DNA of 64,000 nucleotides from an uncultured Roseateles sp. (GTDB taxonomy: Bacteria; Pseudomonadota; Gammaproteobacteria; Burkholderiales; Burkholderiaceae_C), in NCBI GenBank assembly GCA_963510335.1, contig CAUPEV010000003.1:232-64231 (forward strand), given 5' to 3'. Below the pieces are notes generated by a model, which saw nothing but the letters and a program-made list of their open reading frames with translations, did no database searches and had not been told where the DNA came from. Every line of letters starts with the position of its first letter. The stretch's first letter is position 1. Position numbers and translations under genes: made by a program. Shown here in pieces: positions 49,842 to 59,494 of this stretch.

Positions 49842-52029
49842 GCGGCGCGGCGCGGCGGGCTTCTTGCTCCTGAGCGGACTGCTCACCATGAACCTGCACG
49901 CCCAAGCAGCGCCGATCGAGATCAAGCCTCGCGGCAGCCAGATCGCCGGCCCGGCGCAAGAAGACCGCGGCGAGCCCGACTGGCAGGCGCGCATGAACAA
50001 CTGGCAGCGCGACAGTGCAGGCGCCTTCGAGCCCTGGTTGCAGGCGATGCGGACTTGGCGCCAGCAGCAGCTCAAGGCCATAGGCTATGACGACGCGCAA
50101 TACCGTCGACCCGAGCTGCTCTGGACACAGCGCAACTTTGTGCAGCCTCAAGCGATGATGGAGGACCGCTATCTCTACGACCCACAAGCGCGGCGCTACA
50201 CACCAGAGCGTTACCTCGCCGATCTGAATCAGCGTTATGGCGGCATCGACAGCGTGTTGCTGTGGCCGGTCTATCCGAACATCGGCATCGACGACCGCAA
50301 CCAATGGGATATGTTGCGCGACCTGCCCGGCGGTCTGCCGGCGCTGCGTCAGCTGGTCAAGGACTTGCAAAGCCAGGGCGTGCGCGTCTTGTTCCCCGTA
50401 CTGCCTTGGGACCAAGGCTCGCGCGATGAGGGCCGGCCCATGCCAGAAGCCATCGCCGCGCTGCTGGCCGAGATCGGCGCCGACGGCATCAATGGCGACA
50501 CCATGGACGGCCTGCCGCTGGCCTACCGCAAGGCGGCAGATGCGAGCGGCCGCGCGCTGCTGCTACAACCGGAGTTGTCGTTCAAGGACGATGCGATGCT
50601 GGCCTTCAACCAGCAGAGCTGGGGCTATTGGGAGACGCCCTTTGTGCCCATGGTCAGCAAGTGGAAGTGGTTGGAGCCGCGCCATCTGATCCATGTCAGC
50701 GACCGCTGGGCCACCGACCGCCACAACATCATGCAGGCGGCCTTCTTCAACGGCGCTGGCATCCAGAGCTGGGAGAACATCTGGGGTTGGTGGAACCAAT
50801 TCACGCCGCGCGATGCCGAGGCACTGCGCCGCATCGCGAACATCTACCGCGCCGTGCCCGAGCTGCTGAACAGCCCTGATTGGGTGCCGCATCTGCCGAC
50901 GCAGCATTACGGCGTCTACGCGAGCAGCTTTACAGGTGAGGGCCGCACACTGTGGACGCTGGTCAACCGCAATGCCTTTGCGCTCGATGAGGCCATCATC
51001 AAGCTGGCCCATCAGCCGGGGCGGCGCTATTTCGATCTGTGGCGCGGTGTGGAGCTAGCGGCCAGGGTCAGCGGTTCCGAGGCTGTGTTGAGCTTCGAGA
51101 TGGAACCGCTCGGTTACGGTGCGGTGCTCGGGCTGGACGGCGGCGCATTGCCGCCCGATCTTGCGGCATTCTTGACAGCGCAGCAGGCTCGGTCCAGCAA
51201 GCCCTTGAGCGCCTACTCCGCCGAATGGAAGCCGCTGCCGCAGGCGATGCTGCCAATAGCCGCTACACAGCCTGCCAGCCAGGCACCTAGCGGCATGGTG
51301 ACGATCCCCGCCGGCGAGTTTGACTTCCGCGTCACCGGTGTCGAAATCGAGGGCGAGAACCGCCCCGGCATGGATGTGCAATACCCCTGGGAGGCTTTGC
51401 CCCGGCGCGCTCATCTGCACCGCATGGCGATCAAGCGTTTCTTCATCGACCGCCACCCGGTCACCAACACCCAGTTCAAGGCCTTCATCGACGCCGCCGA
51501 CTACCGGCCCGCCGATGCACATAACTTCCTGAAAGCATGGGGCGGGCGCAGCCCAAAGCCGGGCGATGCCCAGCGCCCCGTCACCTGGGTGTCGATTGAA
51601 GACGCGCGCGCCTATTGCCAATGGGCCGGCAAGCGCCTGCCGCATGAGTGGGAGTGGCAGTACGCGGCGCAAGGCAGCGATGGCCGGCAATACCCCTGGG
51701 GCAATCAATGGCTGGCCGCCGCTGCACCTACGCCCGCCACCGCGCGAGACATGCCGCCGCCCGCCCCGGTGGGCACGCACCCCTTGGGCGCCAGCCCTTT
51801 TGGGGTCGAGGACATGGTGGGCCTGGTCTGGCAATGGACCGATGAGTTCGCCGATGAGCACACCCGCGCGGCGGTGCTGCGCGGTGGCAGCTACTATCGG
51901 CCCCAGGGCTCGCACTGGTACTTTCCGTCGGCCTTAAAGCTGAACGAACATGGCAAATACCTGCTGATGGCGCCGTCCAAAGACCGGGCCGGCACCCTTG
52001 GTTTTCGCTGTGTTGTGGATGGGAGTTAG
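49813..52029 (+). CDS. Secreted protein: unassigned GH-like N-terminal domain plus C-terminal FGE-sulfatase (SUMF1)-fold domain
   Basis: C-terminus has PVTNTQF, PVTWVS..DA..YC.WAGKRLP.E.EWQYAA, YPWG, DMVGLVWQW, RGGS, GFRC. Signal-like KRRGAAGFLLLSGLL...AQA. Start uncertain (49813 vs 49888). Confidence 0.8.
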   Translation: MCASISKPSKRRGAAGFLLLSGLLTMNLHAQAAPIEIKPRGSQIAGPAQEDRGEPDWQARMNNWQRDSAGAFEPWLQAMRTWRQQQLKAIGYDDAQYRRPELLWTQRNFVQPQAMMEDRYLYDPQARRYTPERYLADLNQRYGGIDSVLLWPVYPNIGIDDRNQWDMLRDLPGGLPALRQLVKDLQSQGVRVLFPVLPWDQGSRDEGRPMPEAIAALLAEIGADGINGDTMDGLPLAYRKAADASGRALLLQPELSFKDDAMLAFNQQSWGYWETPFVPMVSKWKWLEPRHLIHVSDRWATDRHNIMQAAFFNGAGIQSWENIWGWWNQFTPRDAEALRRIANIYRAVPELLNSPDWVPHLPTQHYGVYASSFTGEGRTLWTLVNRNAFALDEAIIKLAHQPGRRYFDLWRGVELAARVSGSEAVLSFEMEPLGYGAVLGLDGGALPPDLAAFLTAQQARSSKPLSAYSAEWKPLPQAMLPIAATQPASQAPSGMVTIPAGEFDFRVTGVEIEGENRPGMDVQYPWEALPRRAHLHRMAIKRFFIDRHPVTNTQFKAFIDAADYRPADAHNFLKAWGGRSPKPGDAQRPVTWVSIEDARAYCQWAGKRLPHEWEWQYAAQGSDGRQYPWGNQWLAAAAPTPATARDMPPPAPVGTHPLGASPFGVEDMVGLVWQWTDEFADEHTRAAVLRGGSYYRPQGSHWYFPSALKLNEHGKYLLMAPSKDRAGTLGFRCVVDGS

Positions 52030-52063
52030 GGCACCTTGTTTTTTGAAAGGCTGACGCCGCTTG

Positions 52064-52894
52064 ATGTTGAAGATGAAATCCGCCCCGGCCTTGTTCTTGG
52101 CCCTGGTTTTGCTGAACATAGCGGCCCCTGCGGGCGGCGCTGAAAGCAGTCCATTTCGGTGGCCCAAGGGTGAGCGCGCAGCGGTCAGCCTGGCCTATGA
52201 CGACGCGTTGAACAGCCAGCTCGACCATGCGATTCCGGCCTTGAACCAGGTCGGCTTGAGGGGCAGCTTTTATCTGATTCTCGGCAGCGAGGTGGTCAGC
52301 CAACGCATGAGCGAATGGCGCGCTGCGGCGGCCGCAGGCCATGAACTCGGCAATCACACGCTGTTCCACCAATGCTCGCGCGCTGGCCCCGACCGCGCCT
52401 GGGTCAGCGCCGACAACGATCTCGACAAAATCAGCGCCAATCAACTGGCCGCGCAAATTCGCGTCGGCAACACCTTGCTGCGGGCGATAGACGGCAGGGC
52501 GGAGCGCAGCTTCACCGCGCCCTGTGGCGACCTGCTGGCCGGTGGCCAGAACTATCTGGGTTTGATCAAGGGCGACTTTGTCGCCATCAAGGCCAAGGTA
52601 GGCGGCGTCGTGCCAGATATGGCCCAGCTTGACCCCTATGCGGTCGGCGTTGTCGTCCCGGTAGATGCCAGCGGCGAGCAGCTGATCGCGCTGGTCAAGC
52701 AGGCCGCCGAGGCAGGCACGATGATCAACTTCACTTTTCACGGCATCGGTGGCGACCATCTCAGCGTGTCCACGCAGGCCCACGCCGAACTACTCAAATA
52801 CCTGGCCGCGCACCGGCAGCTTTATTGGACCGATACCTTCTTGAACATCATGAAATATGTGAGATCCACAAAGCTTGAGGCGGGCTTGAAATGA
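52064..52894 (+). CDS. Secreted polysaccharide deacetylase (CE4/NodB-like)
   Basis: SLAYDD, GHELGNHTLFH, FTFHG motifs; signal peptide. Confidence 0.82.
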   Translation: MLKMKSAPALFLALVLLNIAAPAGGAESSPFRWPKGERAAVSLAYDDALNSQLDHAIPALNQVGLRGSFYLILGSEVVSQRMSEWRAAAAAGHELGNHTLFHQCSRAGPDRAWVSADNDLDKISANQLAAQIRVGNTLLRAIDGRAERSFTAPCGDLLAGGQNYLGLIKGDFVAIKAKVGGVVPDMAQLDPYAVGVVVPVDASGEQLIALVKQAAEAGTMINFTFHGIGGDHLSVSTQAHAELLKYLAAHRQLYWTDTFLNIMKYVRSTKLEAGLK

Positions 52895-53541
52895 GTTCGC
52901 CCGTGGTGCCGTCTGACCGCAGCGTGTGGGCGCCAATCGGCACGATCTGCTTCTACCTGCTCGCCTTCGGCGTCGCCGGCTACGCGGTCTTCGCCTATGG
53001 CTTCATGCCCTTGGGGTCTTTGGTCCACCCCGACATGAAGCTCAATTTCAATGCACATCAAGCAGGCATCTACACGCATGTGTTCGCCTCGCTTGTTGCG
53101 CTGACCCTGAGTCCGTTTCAGTTCTCTAGCGCGCTACGAAGCAAGCGCCCGCGCTTGCACCGCTTGATGGGCCGCATTTACCTCGTCGTGGGCGTTGCGG
53201 CCGGCGGTTTGGCGGGCTTGTATATGGCGGTGTTTGCCTTCGGGGGCTGGGTCGGCAAGATCGGCTTTGCTTGCTTGGCTGTTGCTTGGCTTTTTTCCGG
53301 CCTGCGCGCTTTTCAGGCTATTCGCAGCGGCGCGGTCCGAGAGCACCGCCGGTGGGTCGTCCGTAACGTTGCGCTCACATGGGCTGCGGTGAGCTTACGC
53401 ATCTATTTGCCGCTGTCGATGGCGGCGGGAGTTCCGTTCGAGCTGGCCTATCCAGCCATTGCATGGCTGTGCTGGGTGCCCAATCTCTGGGTCGCTGAGA
53501 TCGTCTTCAACAAACCCCATGGCAAGGCCATCGCCGCTTAG
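52891..53541 (+). CDS. DUF2306-like membrane protein
   Basis: His-containing TM motifs YTHV, LHRLMGRIY, HRRWVVR, WLCWVPNL. Confidence 0.72.
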   Translation: MSSPVVPSDRSVWAPIGTICFYLLAFGVAGYAVFAYGFMPLGSLVHPDMKLNFNAHQAGIYTHVFASLVALTLSPFQFSSALRSKRPRLHRLMGRIYLVVGVAAGGLAGLYMAVFAFGGWVGKIGFACLAVAWLFSGLRAFQAIRSGAVREHRRWVVRNVALTWAAVSLRIYLPLSMAAGVPFELAYPAIAWLCWVPNLWVAEIVFNKPHGKAIAA

Positions 53542-53735
53542 TTTGAAGCTGGGTCAAACACCCAGGCTGCTGCGGCTCACCGGGCCTGTGGGCGAGGGCC
53601 CTGCTTGCGGCTTGACCATTTGGGCCCGGCCCAAGTCGGCAGGGACGTGGCGGCGCCGATGACGACGGCCTGCCGTGCCGGCTCTACCGGTTTTCTACAC
53701 GGCCTTGAGCCCGGGGCAATCGCCGACACCGCGGG

Positions 53736-54797
53736 TCAGCCCAGCAAACAAGCATCCGCGCCAAAGCGCAGCGCCGCCGCCGCGTCCACTTCCAGACCGA
53801 CACGCTGGCCAGCCTGAATACCGCTGTGGCCCGCACCGACCTTGGCGCTGAGCAAGTCCTTGAGGCCGTCGATGCGCAGGTACAAGATCGAGCTGTCGCC
53901 CAAATGCTCGGCCAGCTCGACCTCGGCCGCAACGCCTTGATCAGCGGCCACCAGGCTCACATGCTCGGCGCGCAAGCCGACACGCTGAGTTTGCAGGTCA
54001 GCAGCGGGGCCCAAGAGCTTTTCCCAGAGGCGCTGATGGGCTGCGCTGGCCGCGCCTGCCACCGGACTGTCAATGAAATTTATGCGCGGCGCGCCTATGA
54101 AGGCGGCCACGAACTCATTCGCCGGGCGCTGATACAGCTCCAGCGGCGCGCCGAGTTGTTCGATGCGGCCCTGGTTGAAGACCGCGATGCGGTCGCCCAT
54201 GGTCATCGCTTCGACCTGGTCATGGGTGACGTAGATCATCGTCGTGCCCAGCTCTTTGTGCAGTCGGGACAACTCGATGCGCATATTGACGCGCAGCGCC
54301 GCGTCCAGATTGGACAAGGGCTCATCGAACAAAAAGACCTTGGGCTTGCGCACGATGGCACGGCCAATTGCGACGCGCTGGCGTTGGCCGCCGGAAAGCT
54401 CTTTGGGGTAGCGGCCGAGCAGATCGGTGATGCGCAAGACCTCGGCGGTGCGCGCGACTTGGCTCTCGCGCTTGGCCTTGGACTCGCCCGCCATCTTCAG
54501 CGCAAAGCCCATGTTCTCGGCCACCGTCATATGCGGGTAGAGCGCATAGCTCTGAAACACCATGGCGGCACCTCGGTCGGCCGGGCGCACATCATTGGCG
54601 CGCACGCCGGCAATCTGCAGCTCACCGGCGGTGATTTCCTCAAGGCCCGCGATCATGCGCAAGGTGGTTGATTTTCCGCAGCCGGATGGGCCTACAAAAA
54701 CCATGAATTCGCCGTCGCGCACCTCCAGGTCTATGCCTTTGATGATCTCGGTCTTGTCGTAGCTTTTACGGATGCCGCGCAGTGAAACCTGTCCCAT
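53736..54797 (-). CDS. Sugar ABC transporter ATPase (MalK/UgpC family)
   Basis: GPSGCGKST, LSGGQRQRV, FDEPLSNLDA. Confidence 0.93.
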   Translation of the reverse strand: MGQVSLRGIRKSYDKTEIIKGIDLEVRDGEFMVFVGPSGCGKSTTLRMIAGLEEITAGELQIAGVRANDVRPADRGAAMVFQSYALYPHMTVAENMGFALKMAGESKAKRESQVARTAEVLRITDLLGRYPKELSGGQRQRVAIGRAIVRKPKVFLFDEPLSNLDAALRVNMRIELSRLHKELGTTMIYVTHDQVEAMTMGDRIAVFNQGRIEQLGAPLELYQRPANEFVAAFIGAPRINFIDSPVAGAASAAHQRLWEKLLGPAADLQTQRVGLRAEHVSLVAADQGVAAEVELAEHLGDSSILYLRIDGLKDLLSAKVGAGHSGIQAGQRVGLEVDAAAALRFGADACLLG

Positions 54798-54828
54798 TTC
54801 TTTGACCCTTGTTGTTTCGCCTGCTCGC

Positions 54829-56172
54829 TCAGGCGGCGGGAGAAGTTTTTTGTTGCGCATGCAAGAAGTCGCGATACCAGAGCGCGCTGTCTTTGAGCGT
54901 GCGCTGCTGCGTCTGGTAGTCGACATGCACGATGCCGAAGCGCTTCTCGTAGCCCGAGGCCCATTCGAAGTTATCCATCAGGCTCCAGACCATATAGCCG
55001 CCCATATCGACGCCCTGGCGCATCGCCTCCGCCACCGCGTCGATGTGACGCGCCAGATAGTCGAGGCGATCCTGGTCATGCACCTTTCCGTTGACCATTT
55101 GGTCTTTGAAGGCGCCGCCGTTTTCGGTCACGAACAGCGGCGGCACCGGGTAGTCGCGCTTGAGTCGCAAAAGCAGCTCGGTCAGCCCTTCGGGATAGAC
55201 CTCCCATCCCATGTCGGTGACCGGCAGGCCGGTGCTGCCGGCCTTGTAACTCTTGTCGGCGCTGACGACCGAGTGCGAGTAATAGTTGACGCCGAGGAAG
55301 TCCATCGGCGCCGTCATCAATTGCAGGTCACCGGCTTCGATCTGGGGGGCGTCATCGCCCAGGTCGGCCAGCACATCGGCCGGATAGGCACCCTTGAAAA
55401 GCGGGTCCAGATACCAGCGCAGCAGGCGGCCGTCTTCCAAGCTGGCCTGCGCGCGGTCAGCCGCGGAGTCGGTGGCGGCGTGCATAGGCGCCAGATTCAA
55501 GACGATGCCCAGCTTGGCGCTAACGCCTTGCTCGCGCAGCGCCCGCAGCGCCAGGCCGTGACTGAGCAGCAGGTGATGCGAGACTTGCGCGGCGGTCTTG
55601 CGGCTCTTGATGCCGGGCGCGAAGATGCCGGTTTCGTGGCCCAGCACCGCCACCACCCAGGGCTCGTTATGCGTGGCGATCGAGGCCAGGCGGTCGCCCA
55701 GGCGAGCGTTGATGCCGAGCGCATAGTCGACAAAGCGCTGCGTGGTGTCGCGGTTGGCCCAGCCGCCGGTGGCTTGCAAGGCGTCCGGCAGATCCCAGTG
55801 GTTGAGCGTCAGATGAGGCTGCAGGCCGCGCGCCAGCAGACCGTCGACGATGCGCTCGTAGAAGTCCAGGCCTTTCTCGTTCCAGGCACCGCTGCCAGTG
55901 GGCTGCACGCGCGGCCAGGAGACCGAGAAGCGGTAGGCATTGACGCCCAAGGCGGCAATCATGTCCAGATCTTCGGCCCAGCGTTGGTAATGCTGGCAGG
56001 CGATGTCGCCATTGCTGGCGTCGGCGATCGCGCCGGGTTTTGCACAAAAGCTGTCCCAGATCGAGGGGCCTTTGCCGTCGGCGGCACTGGCGCCTTCGAT
56101 CTGGAAAGCGCTGGTGGCCACGCCCCAGACAAAGTCGGGCGGGAAGACAGACGAGTTCTTGCTATTGCTCAT
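54829..56172 (-). CDS. GH1 beta-glucosidase
   Basis: FVWGVATSAFQIEG, NEP (acid/base), TENG (nucleophile), WSLMDNFEW. Confidence 0.95.
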   Translation of the reverse strand: MSNSKNSSVFPPDFVWGVATSAFQIEGASAADGKGPSIWDSFCAKPGAIADASNGDIACQHYQRWAEDLDMIAALGVNAYRFSVSWPRVQPTGSGAWNEKGLDFYERIVDGLLARGLQPHLTLNHWDLPDALQATGGWANRDTTQRFVDYALGINARLGDRLASIATHNEPWVVAVLGHETGIFAPGIKSRKTAAQVSHHLLLSHGLALRALREQGVSAKLGIVLNLAPMHAATDSAADRAQASLEDGRLLRWYLDPLFKGAYPADVLADLGDDAPQIEAGDLQLMTAPMDFLGVNYYSHSVVSADKSYKAGSTGLPVTDMGWEVYPEGLTELLLRLKRDYPVPPLFVTENGGAFKDQMVNGKVHDQDRLDYLARHIDAVAEAMRQGVDMGGYMVWSLMDNFEWASGYEKRFGIVHVDYQTQQRTLKDSALWYRDFLHAQQKTSPAA

Positions 56173-56216
56173 GGGCAGAGGAGGCAGGAGAGAAGAGGGT
56201 TTCAAGCGCACTAGGT

Positions 56217-57047
56217 CTACTTGACGGCGCCGACGGTCAGGCCGGAAATCAGCTGTCTGGAAGACATGACGAACAGCACGATCAAGGGCAGCGTGGCGAT
56301 GGCCGAGCCGGTCATCAGCGCACCCCATTCGGTGTCGACCGGGCTTTGCAGGCTGCGCAGCGCCAGCGGCAGCGTGTACATATCCGGCGAGCGCATCACG
56401 ATCAGTGGGCCGATGAAGTTATTCCAGGAGGCGATGAAGGTGATCAGGCCCAGCGTGCCCAGCGCTGGTTTGAGCAGCGGCAGGACGATGCGAAAGAAGA
56501 TGCCGAACTCGCCGCAGCCGTCCATGCGCGCCGCCTCGACCAGATCGCGCGGGATCGAGGTCAAGGCGAACTGCCGCATCAGGAAGATGCCGAAGGCGCT
56601 GGCCGCGCCGGGGATGTAGAGCGCGCGCGGCTGATCGATCCAGCCCAGCATGTCCATGATCATGAAGGTCGGGATCATGTTCATAAAGGTCGGCAGCAGC
56701 ATCGTGCCCATCACCAGACCGAACAGCGCCTTCTTGTAACGGAACTCGAACATCGCGAAGGCATAACCGCCCATGGCGCAGAACAGCAGGGTCAGCAGCG
56801 TTGAGGCCAGGCCGACGTAGATGCTCCAGCCCAGATTGCGCCAAAAGGGAATGCGCTTGGTCAGGATGGCCAGGTTGTTGAGAAAGTCATCGCCGAAGAA
56901 CATCGGCGGCGGCATGCTGAAGATCTCGCCGCGCGAATGGGTGGCGAACACGAACATGAAATAAAAGGGCGCCAGCATGATCAGCATGCCGAGGCCGACC
57001 AAGCCGTAGGCGGCCCAGGGTGCGAGTTGGTGTTTGGAGTTATGCAT
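56217..57047 (-). CDS. Carbohydrate ABC permease (MalG-like)
   Basis: EAARMDG EAA loop, WNNF. Confidence 0.92.
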   Translation of the reverse strand: MHNSKHQLAPWAAYGLVGLGMLIMLAPFYFMFVFATHSRGEIFSMPPPMFFGDDFLNNLAILTKRIPFWRNLGWSIYVGLASTLLTLLFCAMGGYAFAMFEFRYKKALFGLVMGTMLLPTFMNMIPTFMIMDMLGWIDQPRALYIPGAASAFGIFLMRQFALTSIPRDLVEAARMDGCGEFGIFFRIVLPLLKPALGTLGLITFIASWNNFIGPLIVMRSPDMYTLPLALRSLQSPVDTEWGALMTGSAIATLPLIVLFVMSSRQLISGLTVGAVK

Positions 57048-57058
57048 CTGAGTTGCCT

Positions 57059-57988
57059 TCAGCCGCCGCGCTGGCGAAAAGCTCGGTTGGTCAGCCAGGT
57101 CAGCAGGCCCACCAGCAGAAAGAGCAACCAGGACATCGCGCTGGCCGCACCAAAATCATGGAAGTCAAAAGCCATGCGGTAGAGATCGATGGCCGTCGTC
57201 ATGCCGGCCTGGTCGGTGCCGCCACGGCCATTGGTCAGGATGAAGGGCTCCTCGAACAGCTGCAGGCCGCCGATCACGCTCAGCGTGACGCCGAAGAAAA
57301 TCATCGGCTTCAGGCTCGGCAGGGTGATGTGCCAGAACTGTTGCAGGCGGCCGGCGCCGTCCATGCGGGCGGCTTCCATGATGTCAGCAGGGATGGTCTG
57401 CAGCGCGGCCAGATAGAGCACCACATTGAAGCCGACATAGCGCCAGAACACGATCATCGCAATCGCGGGTTTCAGCGCATCCGGGTTGTTGAGCCAGTCG
57501 ATCGCCGCAGCCGGCATCAGCCAGCCGACACCGGGCAGCTCGCGTAAGGCCGCGATGACGCCATTGATCAGGCCGTAGTCGGTCGAGAACAGCGAGCTGA
57601 ACAGGATCGCAATCGCCACCGTCGAGGTGATGTAGGGCATGAAGTAGGCGCCGACCACGCCGTTGCGCAGGCGCTTGAACGAGGCATGGATGAAGCAGGC
57701 CAGCGGGATCGCCACCAGATGCTGGGGCACGCCCGAGGCCAGGGCCAGCCAGGTGGTGTTCTTCAGCGACTTCCAGAACCATTCATCCCGCAGCGCGAAG
57801 GCGAAGTTGTCGAGGCCAACGAAAGTCATCGCGGTCAGGCCGCTGGTCGGCTCCCAGGTCTGAAAGGCCAGGTAGAGCGAAAAGGCCAGCGGGAACATGC
57901 CGAAGATCAGGAACAACAGCACGAAAGGTGCCAAGAACACATAGGGCGCCCAGCGTGGTGGCAAGCGCAGGAAGGCAGGTAGCTTCAT
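57059..57988 (-). CDS. Carbohydrate ABC permease (MalF-like)
   Basis: FVGLDNF, EAARMDGA, HITLP. Confidence 0.92.
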   Translation of the reverse strand: MKLPAFLRLPPRWAPYVFLAPFVLLFLIFGMFPLAFSLYLAFQTWEPTSGLTAMTFVGLDNFAFALRDEWFWKSLKNTTWLALASGVPQHLVAIPLACFIHASFKRLRNGVVGAYFMPYITSTVAIAILFSSLFSTDYGLINGVIAALRELPGVGWLMPAAAIDWLNNPDALKPAIAMIVFWRYVGFNVVLYLAALQTIPADIMEAARMDGAGRLQQFWHITLPSLKPMIFFGVTLSVIGGLQLFEEPFILTNGRGGTDQAGMTTAIDLYRMAFDFHDFGAASAMSWLLFLLVGLLTWLTNRAFRQRGG

Positions 57989-58010
57989 CGTGAGGGTTCT
58001 GACGCTTTAC

Positions 58011-59321
58011 TTAACGGGTGGCGCGCTGCTTCAGCAGGCGTTCGGCATCGGCCAGCGCGGTGCGGATGTCTTTGCCGCGCTCCAGCACCTTGTCGAGTTC
58101 GGTGTCTATGACTTCCTCGGCAAACGCGTCTTGCTTGTGCACATCCACCGCCTTGATACGGCGAGCCGCGTCGCGCCAGCCGATCCGCGCGGTCTGACCG
58201 CCCAGGAAAGCAATCGGCTGCTCGAAGAAGGGGTCGTCATGCGCTTCCAGCAAGGCCGGGAAGGCGTCTTGGGCCTTGAAGGCGCGCAGCTGTATCTCGC
58301 GGTTCAGGGTCAGGAACTGAATCAGGTCCCAAGCCAAGGCCTTGTTGGCCGGGTCGGCCTTGCGCGGCATTGCAAAGAAAGTGCCGCCGTAGGCCGCAAA
58401 TGCGCCTTCGGGCAGTTGCGCGGCACGCCACAGGCCGGCGGTATTGGGTGCTAACCATGTATTCAAGTGGCCGGCCAGCCAGGCGCCGGTCAATTGGGTG
58501 GCAATGCTGCCGCGCTTGAAGCCCTCGGTCCAGTCGGCCGACCAAGCCAATACTCTTGCGTCCAGCTTGTGCTGGCGCACCTCGCGGGCCAACTCAAACG
58601 CGCGCACAAAGCGCGGTGAGGCAACCAGCACGCGCGATTGGCTGTCAAAGTAGAGCCCTTCGCCGGGCTGTATGCCGGTGCGGATCAGGATGTTCTTGAT
58701 ATCGCGCGCATGGGCCAAGAGGAAGCCGCCGCTGCTGGCCTTGATCTTGATGCCGGCCGCGACATAGCTGTCCCAGCTTTGCGTGAGCTCAGCCTCGCTG
58801 ACGCCGGCCTTGGCCAGGACATCTTTGCGGTAGAGCAAGGTGCCGGGGCCGATATCGGTCGGCACCGCCACCACCTCGCCGCGCCGGTTGCTCGCCTGCT
58901 GGTAGGCATAGGGCACGAAGCGGGGCTTGAACCTGGCGATGTCGTAGGGCGGGCGCGTCAAATCCTCCAGGCCGTAACCGGGTGAAAAGCGCCCCAGATA
59001 ACCGACCTCCAGCGCCATCACATCGGGCAAATAGACCGCCGTCGACAAAGCGGTGGTCATGGCGGTGTGGTGGTCGGCAAACTGGCGGCTGACCACCTTG
59101 ACCTCAACCTGAGGGTGCAGGCGCTGCCAGGCGGGTATTGCGGCGCGAACGATCTCATCCACCGCCGGATAGGCGGCCACCACCAACTGCTGCTGCGCCG
59201 CCGCGCTGAGCGGTAGCGCCAGGCTGAGCAGCCCGAGCAGCATTGACAGCGCTGTCAACTTTGGCTGCATCAGCCAGTGATCCAGCCAGGCGCGCCGGCT
59301 GGCACGCTTGTGAGTATTCAT
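58011..59321 (-). CDS. Sugar ABC substrate-binding protein; paralog of 47584-48918
   Basis: DHHTAMTTALST, PTDIGPG; first gene of the right-hand operon. Confidence 0.9.
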   Translation of the reverse strand: MNTHKRASRRAWLDHWLMQPKLTALSMLLGLLSLALPLSAAAQQQLVVAAYPAVDEIVRAAIPAWQRLHPQVEVKVVSRQFADHHTAMTTALSTAVYLPDVMALEVGYLGRFSPGYGLEDLTRPPYDIARFKPRFVPYAYQQASNRRGEVVAVPTDIGPGTLLYRKDVLAKAGVSEAELTQSWDSYVAAGIKIKASSGGFLLAHARDIKNILIRTGIQPGEGLYFDSQSRVLVASPRFVRAFELAREVRQHKLDARVLAWSADWTEGFKRGSIATQLTGAWLAGHLNTWLAPNTAGLWRAAQLPEGAFAAYGGTFFAMPRKADPANKALAWDLIQFLTLNREIQLRAFKAQDAFPALLEAHDDPFFEQPIAFLGGQTARIGWRDAARRIKAVDVHKQDAFAEEVIDTELDKVLERGKDIRTALADAERLLKQRATR

Positions 59322-59394
59322 CGCCTGCTTGTCTCCGCCTTGAACCGGCCTTGATGGGCGATTCGGTCTGTAATTGTTGATTCGAGGCGCTTTA

Positions 59395-59408
59395 TGAAAG
59401 CGCTTTCA
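59395..59408. promoter_or_regulatory. LacI-family operator, right arm of the beta-glucan locus
   Basis: TGAAAGCGCTTTCA, identical to 47546-47559, between the LacI gene and the binding-protein gene. Confidence 0.85.
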
Positions 59409-59494
59409 GAATGTAATTCAGGCCGCTTCGACTGTCAACAAAGGGTAAATCCTGAGGCTGCTCTGGGCCGAGCCTTGAACGAATTGAACGGCCT

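Noticed and set aside
51700-52029. FGE-type C-lectin C-terminus as a diversity-generating retroelement target
   Set aside because: No template repeat and no reverse transcriptase visible in the window.
59454-59486. GAGGCT...AGCCTT mini-hairpin resembling the element's termini
   Set aside because: Only 5-6 bp of similarity; indistinguishable from chance or an ordinary terminator-like stem.
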